NCBI GenBank assembly: GCA_026396575.1
Contig: JAPLWM010000020.1
Location: 14,266 to 78,265, forward strand
Direction: 5' to 3'
Source: Candidatus Komeilibacteria bacterium
GTDB lineage: Bacteria; Patescibacteriota; Patescibacteriia; UBA1558; UBA10009
DNA: 64,000 bases
Shown: piece by piece, positions 19,271-26,308 of the stretch
How positions within the stretch are numbered: the stretch's first letter is position 1
Layout of the letters: each line of letters begins with the position of its first letter
The notes under the pieces: generated by a model
Told to the model about the DNA's origin: nothing
What the model saw: the letters and a program-made list of their open reading frames with translations, nothing else
Database searches by the model: none
Program-made: the position numbers and the translations under genes

Positions 19271-19432
19271 AATGTTTTTTGCCCTAAGGCTTTAATTATT
19301 ATTGATTTTTTATGCATTGCTGTAGTCGACCATTTAGATTGCTTATTTGATTATTTTGGAAAAAAATAATCGTAAAACAAACAGCAAAAAATAAAAGTAA
19401 AATTGAAATAATAAAGTTTTTAAACATAGGAT

Positions 19433-19507
19433 TGGTGTCGGGGGCAGGAATCGAACCTGCGACCTCCTGGTTATGAGCCAAGTGAGCTGCCACTGCTCTA
19501 CCCCGAG
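19433..19507 (-). tRNA. tRNA with CAT anticodon (Met); initiator-like features
   Basis: Cloverleaf folded by hand from the reverse complement: 7 bp acceptor stem, D arm GAGC/GCUC, anticodon loop CUCAUAA, T loop TTCGATT, 3' CCA encoded. Positions 1:72 are C:C (unpaired) and 11:24 are A:U, both initiator hallmarks; only 2 of the 3 G-C pairs expected in an initiator anticodon stem are present. Confidence 0.8.
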
Positions 19508-19539
19508 GCGAAGTGCCAGGACTTCCTGGCACTAAGTTT

Positions 19540-19740
19540 TTATTCAGCTGATTGATCAACTGCTGTAATTTGATCCTCAAACATCCCGCTGCTACAGATA
19601 GCGCCAGTGTCCGCTGAATACTCAACTTCGTATTGCAATCTATTTTGCCTATCGACAAAAAGACCAATTACCGTAGCGACTCTTTGATTAACATTTATGG
19701 TGACTTTGTCACCAATCTTGAATACAAAATTGTATTCCAT
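19540..19740 (-). CDS. small hypothetical protein (66 aa)
   Basis: Clean ORF immediately upstream of the tRNA on the same strand. Confidence 0.35.
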   Translation of the reverse strand: MEYNFVFKIGDKVTINVNQRVATVIGLFVDRQNRLQYEVEYSADTGAICSSGMFEDQITAVDQSAE

Positions 19741-19786
19741 AAAATACTGTCCTTTCTAAATGCGCTTTAAAGGCGCTTAATTAATT

Positions 19787-20449
19787 TTAAAATGGGCATT
19801 TCCAATACTCCAAAGTATATTTTAAATCCTCGCTCAAATCAGCTTGTTTGCTTAACCACTCCAAATAACCGATATCTTTTACCGTAACTTCCTCGAACGT
19901 TTGCTTTTTGTATTTCCCGAATGGCAACCGGCGCATTAGAACCGGATGCTGGCTGATTGTTAACATTTCCTCAACGCTGATTTTTTCTTTTAAGAGATTA
20001 AACAAAGCCCTTAAAACTTCCACATCGCCGTCAGCGCTGTGTGCATCGCCGGCAACGTCCAGCTTAAAATAATAACGCAGGTACTGAAGTTTATACTGTG
20101 GTAAATCGTAAAGGTGCTGGGCAACTTTTAAGGTGTCAATGACCCGCGAATGATCAACCTTAAGCCCCTCATTTTCCAAAATCTTAACGTCAAAGGCGGC
20201 GTTATGGGCAACTAAAATAGATTCGTCTATTGCGCCCTGGACAAACGGTCTATTAACAGAAAACGGCAAACATTCTGCTATGTGCTCATTTGTGATGCCA
20301 TGAACCGACATCGCCTCAACTGAAATCTCAACCGGCGGTTTATAATTTTGGCAAGTCGGTATATCGTTATTTTTTGCGTAAGCCAGTTGCACCAGCCGCG
20401 CGTCATCGTCCTTGCCGGTCGTCTCGGTGTCTAAAAATAGTAATTCCAT
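19787..20449 (-). CDS. DnaQ-like 3'-5' exonuclease (DEDDh family)
   Basis: Exo I FLDTETTG, Exo II VAHNAAFD, Exo III H...D block; 220 aa. Confidence 0.7.
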   Translation of the reverse strand: MELLFLDTETTGKDDDARLVQLAYAKNNDIPTCQNYKPPVEISVEAMSVHGITNEHIAECLPFSVNRPFVQGAIDESILVAHNAAFDVKILENEGLKVDHSRVIDTLKVAQHLYDLPQYKLQYLRYYFKLDVAGDAHSADGDVEVLRALFNLLKEKISVEEMLTISQHPVLMRRLPFGKYKKQTFEEVTVKDIGYLEWLSKQADLSEDLKYTLEYWKCPF

Positions 20450-20461
20450 TTGTGTATTTAA

Positions 20462-20890
20462 TTATTTTTTAGTGCAAACTACATTTAAACTTCCGTCCCT
20501 CACCTCAACAATTTTATAGGGGGAAGTTGGAGGTAAAAAATGCCCTGTTGTTGCTTCCACCCACACGCCCAGCCATGCGTGGCTCCGGTCCTTATTGATA
20601 AAAATACTGCTCTGAATACCATCCAACGCTAATTTTTCCTGCAAGGCCTTGCTATGGTCATAACAATTATTGCCAGGCGTCCAAGGGATTGATCCGATTT
20701 CGTCAAGCGCTTTTGTAAAGGCATTGTATTTTTTAACTTCCTGATATGCCGCTTCGGATGCCGAAAGCTTTAAAGTCAGCTGATATTTTTCGTTTTTAAT
20801 CTCGTCGTTAATTTTATTAGTTGATTTATTTAACAGAAACATCCCCGCGGAAACAACAACCAATAAAGTGATTATTAAATTTTTACCCAT
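20462..20890 (-). CDS. membrane-anchored protein with a Cys/His pair (possible papain-like peptidase; speculative)
   Basis: N-terminal TM LIITLLVVVSAGMFLL; NCYDHS ... SHAWLGVW pattern. Confidence 0.3.
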   Translation of the reverse strand: MGKNLIITLLVVVSAGMFLLNKSTNKINDEIKNEKYQLTLKLSASEAAYQEVKKYNAFTKALDEIGSIPWTPGNNCYDHSKALQEKLALDGIQSSIFINKDRSHAWLGVWVEATTGHFLPPTSPYKIVEVRDGSLNVVCTKK

Positions 20891-21188
20891 AAACCCTGTT
20901 TTTTAATTTAGTGATTCTTCTATGTGCCTGCCTTAACCTCTCAACCTCTTTTGCTAGATCAGTTCCTCTGTCCCTAACCGTTCCCGGCAACCAGGAGAAA
21001 TGCATCCGCCTTAAATCGATGTGGATAAAATAGGGCTGGTAAAGATTTTTAGTAACGTGGAACCTTGGAAAATCGTATTTGGTCAAACGCTTGATATACT
21101 CTTCGACTTTGCCCGAATCAGGATAGGGTTGTTTAGCTTCCCACCCGCACATTTTAAAAATCTTTTTATCAAGCCCTCCGATTTTCAT
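20883..21188 (-). CDS. hypothetical phage protein
   Basis: 101 aa; no motif. Confidence 0.35.
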   Translation of the reverse strand: MKIGGLDKKIFKMCGWEAKQPYPDSGKVEEYIKRLTKYDFPRFHVTKNLYQPYFIHIDLRRMHFSWLPGTVRDRGTDLAKEVERLRQAHRRITKLKNRVYG

Positions 21189-21198
21189 TTTTGTTTTG

Positions 21199-21624
21199 TT
21201 AATCTTTTAATGCATTTTGCCAGTCGCCAAATATATCGCTTAAAACTTCCGGATAAAAATTAGGGATAAAATAAACCTCGTCATTGAACGCAACCGGCCG
21301 TGTCAGCTCTAAGTACAAAGGATTTTTTACATACTGCCGGTCAGCAAAGCCGATTGTTATTTTTATATCGCCTTTAGAATAACGCCCAAGCGCCTCCTCC
21401 TTAAACTGAAACTCATCGATTAAATCATAAAGCAATTGGCTTTCAAATTGCGGTTTGTAATAATCCCACGTTATCAACTCAATTGATTCGCTGATCAATT
21501 TTTGGTCGCGGCCAATACCCAATAAAGTCCGGCCCCAAAGAATCATGGGAACATTTAACCTTTTAAAAACATCCCCGATATTTTCCAACGCGTTAATGGC
21601 TAAAGCTTCTTGATGGCTGTCCAT
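21199..21624 (-). CDS. LicD-like nucleotidyltransferase-fold protein lacking the DxD motif (possibly inactive paralogue)
   Basis: MILWGRTLLGIGRDQKLI mirrors the LicD GTLLGAxR block of the 16948-17511 gene; no DxD follows. Confidence 0.35.
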   Translation of the reverse strand: MDSHQEALAINALENIGDVFKRLNVPMILWGRTLLGIGRDQKLISESIELITWDYYKPQFESQLLYDLIDEFQFKEEALGRYSKGDIKITIGFADRQYVKNPLYLELTRPVAFNDEVYFIPNFYPEVLSDIFGDWQNALKD

Positions 21625-22138
21625 AGATTTTGTTTACCGGCATAATTTTAATGCCGAAATTAAATAATTTTACCTGTCCGTTATCCGGCGCAACCGGATC
21701 CAAATAATCAATCATCCTCGACTGCTCGCCAGCCCACATCGGCACGTCGCCTTTTAACAACTCTCTAAGCGTTACTAAACACCTCTCGGCCTCAAAATAA
21801 CCCTCCTGGTGCCCGGTAACCTTAGAAATGATGGCGTACTGCGGAATTGCCTTACCGTGCAGGAATTGGCCAGCTTTTCGTGTTAAGCAATAATAGCCGG
21901 GCTTGCCATCGATGTAGGCAATTAAACCGTGAAATCTTGGTCTTGATAAATTAGTCAGAAACCATTTTTTATTTCCACTGCAATCCATTTCACGCGCCGG
22001 GTGGATTTCATTTTTTCCCTTAGCTGAAATCGCATTAAGCATCGCCAAAACAATTTTCACAGTGCCTTTATCAAGGCCTAATAAATAATTTTCAGATTGG
22101 CCACAGCGTTCACAAGTTGTAGGTTTGAAACCAAGCAT
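21593..22138 (-). CDS. hypothetical phage protein with N-terminal CxxC
   Basis: 181 aa; TCERCGQSE at the N-terminus. Confidence 0.35.
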   Translation of the reverse strand: MLGFKPTTCERCGQSENYLLGLDKGTVKIVLAMLNAISAKGKNEIHPAREMDCSGNKKWFLTNLSRPRFHGLIAYIDGKPGYYCLTRKAGQFLHGKAIPQYAIISKVTGHQEGYFEAERCLVTLRELLKGDVPMWAGEQSRMIDYLDPVAPDNGQVKLFNFGIKIMPVNKIYGQPSRSFSH

Positions 22139-22153
22139 AGGTGCATCAAACTT

Positions 22154-22390
22154 TTAATCTTTAAAACAATTTGGATCAGCCCGAAAATGTGAATAAGATT
22201 CAAGGTCTTCAACATCGCGCAACATCCGTCTTATCCAGGCAAGGACAAAATAATCACACCCTTTTTTTGAGCATTTTTCACCTAAAATTTTCATTGTTTT
22301 CGCATCTCGGATGTGAATCGTTTCGGGGAATTTGCACTTTGGGCAATCTGCATCATGAACAGTTTGAATAATTTTAATTTTTTTAGTCAT
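22154..22390 (-). CDS. small zinc-ribbon protein
   Basis: 78 aa; CPKC ... C..GC pattern. Confidence 0.35.
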   Translation of the reverse strand: MTKKIKIIQTVHDADCPKCKFPETIHIRDAKTMKILGEKCSKKGCDYFVLAWIRRMLRDVEDLESYSHFRADPNCFKD

Positions 22391-22394
22391 AAAT

Positions 22395-22607
22395 TTATTT
22401 GATTAATTTTAGATATTTTTCTTTATTCGGACAGGCTGAATCATTTAAGCCATGATGATGGTGTCCACATTGCTCAGTATGAACACATTGAGCACAGCGA
22501 TTATTAATCCAACAAAATATCACACCATGCTGACTGCAATGATTATGGACAGGATCTCTTGTTACCCTATCAACCATTTGCTTCGGCGTTTCATTTCCAA
22601 TAATCAT
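22395..22607 (-). CDS. small Cys/His-rich protein
   Basis: 70 aa; HNHCSQH..C...CAQCVHTEQCGHHHH. Confidence 0.35.
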   Translation of the reverse strand: MIIGNETPKQMVDRVTRDPVHNHCSQHGVIFCWINNRCAQCVHTEQCGHHHHGLNDSACPNKEKYLKLIK

Positions 22608-22693
22608 TTTTTTATTTACTTAACTCAACCTCGCGCAACATCCGCCTTAGCCATGCCTTGCGCCAGTGTTTTAGCCAGATTTTTTTGATTAGA

Positions 22694-23143
22694 TTAAACA
22701 TTTTTTATGCTTTTATAATACCTATTGCTGACAGCTTGTTCCGTCACGCCAAATTCATCAGCTATTTTTCTGATACTCATTCCAGAATCTTTTAACGACT
22801 TAATTCTTTTATCATCCTCGTCGGTCCAGCGTCTTTTAGAGCCTTTGATTTTACTAACCTTAACTTCCGGTTCGTCCATTTCTTCACAATGGATTGAATT
22901 ACAGCTTGGGCAGGTGGCATCCCACTTTTTCAGATTAGATTTAAACTCTTTATTGCACTCCTGGCATTTGTAATTAATGGCGCTGCTTAAAGTTTCTTCT
23001 ACCTCGGCCTTTTTGTATTTTCGCTTTCCGTTTTTTTTGCCCTTTTTATAACCGTAAACTTTTTTAGCCGGTGGTTTTATCGGCTCAATTTCTTCCCTTA
23101 CCGGTTCAACTGGCTTTAAATTTTCTACCCCCCCCCCGACCAT
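22694..23143 (-). CDS. zinc-ribbon plus C-terminal HTH DNA-binding regulator
   Basis: CQEC...CPSC zinc ribbon; C-terminal RRWTDEDDKRIKSLKDSGMSIRKIADEFGVTEQAVSNRYYK (sigma-r4/GcrA-like HTH); start codon sits directly on a G10 tract. Confidence 0.55.
   Translation of the reverse strand: MVGGGVENLKPVEPVREEIEPIKPPAKKVYGYKKGKKNGKRKYKKAEVEETLSSAINYKCQECNKEFKSNLKKWDATCPSCNSIHCEEMDEPEVKVSKIKGSKRRWTDEDDKRIKSLKDSGMSIRKIADEFGVTEQAVSNRYYKSIKNV
23128..23137. repeat. homopolymeric C10 (G10 on the coding strand) tract at the 5' end of the regulator CDS
   Basis: Direct read: ...ctaccccccccccgacc...; it encodes the GGG of the MVGGGV N-terminus. Confidence 0.9.
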
Positions 23144-23209
23144 TAACCAGTTCCAAAATTAAATTCAGAACGGTAATAACTTTATCAATTTGATTTTGCA
23201 TATTTTATT

Positions 23210-23728
23210 TTAATTATTTAATAACCCTGCCGATTTTGAGCAGGCCCACAGATAAGCCTGGCCGGCTTTTAATTTATTAATTGTCCACGTGGCGCTCTCC
23301 TCAACGTCCATGGCGATTTTAGCCGTGCCTGGCCAAAACTCCTGATTGATTTGGAATAGACCTAAGCTTGAACCTCCATCACCCACAGCTTTCGGGTCAA
23401 ACCTGCTTTCGCACCAGGCCAGCCTGAGCAATTTTTCAGCGTCAAAGTTTTCCTGTTTGGCCACCAGCCTGATTCGGTCCCAAACAGTCAGTTCGTTCAG
23501 ATTGATTATTTCCGGCATCGCTTCCTGCGCTGCCACTTTTTGCGCCAGGCCGATGTTATAGCGCCTGCCTAATTCTCTTAACCCGAGCGAGGTAAAGAAA
23601 ATAATTAATATGGCCAAAATAATTAATCCAACAGTCAATCCCGAGCTTAATCTCTTCCTGCGCCACTCTTGATTTTTAGGTGTGATAATTGGCATACTCC
23701 AATTAGTCCAATAATTTTGTTGTTGCAT
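23210..23728 (-). CDS. membrane-anchored lytic transglycosylase (SLT-domain lysozyme)
   Basis: N-terminal TM; WCESRFDPKAVG...GLFQIN SLT catalytic block. Confidence 0.7.
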   Translation of the reverse strand: MQQQNYWTNWSMPIITPKNQEWRRKRLSSGLTVGLIILAILIIFFTSLGLRELGRRYNIGLAQKVAAQEAMPEIINLNELTVWDRIRLVAKQENFDAEKLLRLAWCESRFDPKAVGDGGSSLGLFQINQEFWPGTAKIAMDVEESATWTINKLKAGQAYLWACSKSAGLLNN

Positions 23729-23738
23729 ATTTTTGTTT

Positions 23739-24287
23739 TTATTTTTTTATTGATAACTTTTTAATTAGCTCCGTCCGAGCCATTAGGAACTTCTCCCCCT
23801 TTTCCGTATTTTTTAATTTTAAAAAATTCGTATTGGTATTTATACTGTCCTTTGGTACGGAGTACTGTCTTATATTAGGATTAGCATTTGTGCTAAACCT
23901 CTTTGCATTTGTGCTAAACCTCTCTTTAGCCGTCCACCGATTATCTACAGATTTATTAACAGCATTTCCACTGTGCTTCTTGAATTTCTTTTTGGCTTTT
24001 TTAACTCCAATTTTAATTCCGTAAGGGGTGTGGATTAGAGTTAAATATCCTTGCTCGGTCAACTTATTAATGTTCCGTGAAATCGTAGTGAAGTGAACAT
24101 CCATATCAACCGACAAATCCTTTAAGTTAACTGGCTTGCCACCCAGCACCCAGCCGGTACCGTCATCATCAATCATGGTGATGTGATCCAAGCACCACAT
24201 AAATTCCCACACTGCCTCGCCCATCTTTTTACGATGGCCGTTTTGCAATAGACCGTTAGAAATTTCTATGTAGTAACCTTGAACCAT
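23739..24287 (-). CDS. winged-helix DNA-binding protein (possible replication or regulatory protein)
   Basis: FTTISRNINKLTEQGYL wHTH; Lys-rich C-terminus carrying an in-frame 21 bp tandem duplication (KRFSTNA x2). Confidence 0.45.
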   Translation of the reverse strand: MVQGYYIEISNGLLQNGHRKKMGEAVWEFMWCLDHITMIDDDGTGWVLGGKPVNLKDLSVDMDVHFTTISRNINKLTEQGYLTLIHTPYGIKIGVKKAKKKFKKHSGNAVNKSVDNRWTAKERFSTNAKRFSTNANPNIRQYSVPKDSINTNTNFLKLKNTEKGEKFLMARTELIKKLSIKK

Positions 24288-24310
24288 ACCGGCTGGGTTT
24301 ATAATTTTAA

Positions 24311-24727
24311 TTAGAATGGGATGTCTTCAGTGTTGATTTCTTCTTCAACATTGATCACCGGCAAATCTTCTTCCTTTTGCATCCTTTCCTTAGCGGTTTC
24401 AGCCGGCTTGCTTCCCAACAGTTCGAATTCTTTAACGATAATCTCGGTGCGGTAATTAGTCCTGCCGTCATCATCTTTCCAGCTCCTGGTTTGAATTTTG
24501 CCCTCTACAAGCAACTGACTTCCCTTTTTAGCATATTTAGCCACAACATCGGCTTGGACTCCCCAAAAGACCAAACTGTGAAAATCAACCCTTTCTTTTT
24601 TCTCGCCAGTGCCGTCTTTCCAAATTTCATTCGTGGCCAAGCTGACTGTGCCAACCGTTTTGCCCGAGCCGGTTTTTTTCAATTCAACGTCTCGAACTAA
24701 CCGGCCCATTAAAGTAACTTTATTCAT
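24311..24727 (-). CDS. ssb: single-stranded DNA-binding protein
   Basis: OB-fold N-terminus MNKVTLMGRLVRDVELKKT...; acidic C-terminal tail ending DIPF. Confidence 0.8.
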   Translation of the reverse strand: MNKVTLMGRLVRDVELKKTGSGKTVGTVSLATNEIWKDGTGEKKERVDFHSLVFWGVQADVVAKYAKKGSQLLVEGKIQTRSWKDDDGRTNYRTEIIVKEFELLGSKPAETAKERMQKEEDLPVINVEEEINTEDIPF

Positions 24728-24732
24728 ATGAC

Positions 24733-25915
24733 TTATTTTTTAAGGACTTGGATTAAGTGATCGGCCTCGGCCACAGTTAATTCGTCTAATTTGGTAATTC
24801 CCTCTATTCCGTACATGAAACCAAGGAAACTAACTTGCCTTACTGGATCGCTGGTTTCGGCGGCTATTTCAAGCAACGACTTAAGGGTTGCCAATCTCAT
24901 CGGGCCAGCTTTCGGATCAGTAGCCCTGTTGACGACTGGCATTTTCAATCCAGGCAATTTGTCGTCAACTACTTTGTCGGCCGGCTGTTCCGGAATTAAC
25001 GGCTCCGCTGAATTTTCAGCAGGCGCTTTAGGCGCTGGATCAGCTGGCTTAGCGGGCTGCTGATTTTTCAGCGCTGTGGCTATGGCCTGATAATTTTCCT
25101 CTTTCAATTCGATGCCGGTTAAATCCTTAACACTCTGCTTCGCTTCTTCGGCCGTCGCCCTCTTAGCGTTCAATCTTTTTAACTGGCTCATGATTTCGCC
25201 TTTAACGGCGACATAATCCAATGATCCATTTTCGTTCCATTGCTTAATCTTTTTGCCGGTCTCAACTGTGATGACAAAAGGATCCACGTCAATGAACATT
25301 GAAGTCCTATCTTTACTGGCCATCGCGAAGTGGCCGTCACGATCAATGTTGAAGTTGACCGTTAATTCGTACTCAAATCCTTCGCGCTGGATTTCTTTGG
25401 TTCCAACCTTTTTAATTTTTTTATCCTCGGTTTGGATGGTGTCGGTCTTGCTTCTTGCGGTCGTAATCATGTGAGCTGGGGAAGTGACTATCGCCTCGAT
25501 AAACTTCCGATGCTTTGGCGTAGTCGCCGACCAAGCGGCCCAGCTGTTACCCTTAAACTTGGTTTGGGCTAACAACTCGTTTGTTTCAAGACAACCACCC
25601 TTACCATCCCACTCATGGGAAACTGAATCTACAATGATAACTTCCATGCCGGCATCCTCACACGCTTTAATTGCCTCGATGTATCTTTCCGGAGCAAATG
25701 GCGCGCTCAAAGTGATGACGTTGTACTCGCCGAGATTGCTGTATAATTCGCCCGACCCATTCTCGGTATCGATTAAAGCGATTTTTTCCCAATCGCTGGT
25801 AATGCCGTAAGCCAGCAATAAAGCGCTGTAGGTTTTACCGGCGCCTGATGGAGCCGATATACCAATCCTTAACTTCGCTTGCTTACGTTCTGCTCTCCTA
25901 ATCTGCATCGTCATA
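24733..25915 (-). CDS. RecA-fold ATPase (Sak4/AAA_24-like recombination protein) with a C-terminal extension
   Basis: Walker A LRIGISAPSGAGKTYSA, Walker B VIIVDSV; the ORF track extends to a GTG at 26025, and the ATG at 25915 is the more plausible start. Confidence 0.55.
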
Positions 25916-26056
25916 ATTTTCGTGGTTAATTGTTTTTCCCTTAGTCCGCCTGTGGCAATCCCAGCACTCGGGATATTTTTCGCTTTTATGATTTCCGCAC
26001 GCGCAGAGATCCGAGCCATGGGCACAACTAAGACAATTTATATTTTTACATTTCAT
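25898..26056 (-). CDS. possible 52 aa Cys/His-rich small protein overlapping the 5' region of the ATPase gene
   Basis: MKCKNINCLSCAHGSDLCACGNHKSEKYPECWDCHRRTKGKTINHENYDDAD read by hand in an alternative frame; not in the ORF track because it is under 60 aa. Confidence 0.2.
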   Translation of the reverse strand: MKCKNINCLSCAHGSDLCACGNHKSEKYPECWDCHRRTKGKTINHENYDDAD

Positions 26057-26065
26057 TTTAAAGTG

Positions 26066-26248
26066 CTATAATTTAATTAAGTTCTGCTCGTTAGTGTCGC
26101 CGGTTGGCGGCATTGACGAGTTTTTTATTTGTCCGGTTAGGCCGGATACCTCGACCTTGGGCGAGTTGGCATAAGTTGTCCACAGGTCGTAGGAACCCGG
26201 GCCAGAGCTTATGTCCACCTCGCCTAAGGTAGTTATCCCCTTAGACAA
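26066..26248 (-). CDS. small hypothetical protein (60 aa), last ORF of the phage-like block
   Basis: ORF only. Confidence 0.2.
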   Translation of the reverse strand: MSKGITTLGEVDISSGPGSYDLWTTYANSPKVEVSGLTGQIKNSSMPPTGDTNEQNLIKL

Positions 26249-26252
26249 ACAA

Positions 26253-26276
26253 AAAATCCTACTTTCGTAGGATTTT
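26253..26276 (-). terminator. rho-independent terminator of secA
   Basis: aaaatcctac-tttc-gtaggatttt perfect 10 bp hairpin; on the minus strand it is followed by UUUUUUGUUUG, 33 nt after the secA stop. Confidence 0.6.
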
Positions 26277-26308
26277 GAAATTCTGTTGATTTTGCTAAGG
26301 TTTATGCC

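Noticed and set aside
19299-19667. 122 aa minus-strand ORF in the six-frame track
   Set aside because: It runs straight through the tRNA(CAT) gene at 19433-19507 and has low-complexity translation, so it is an artefact of the tRNA sequence.
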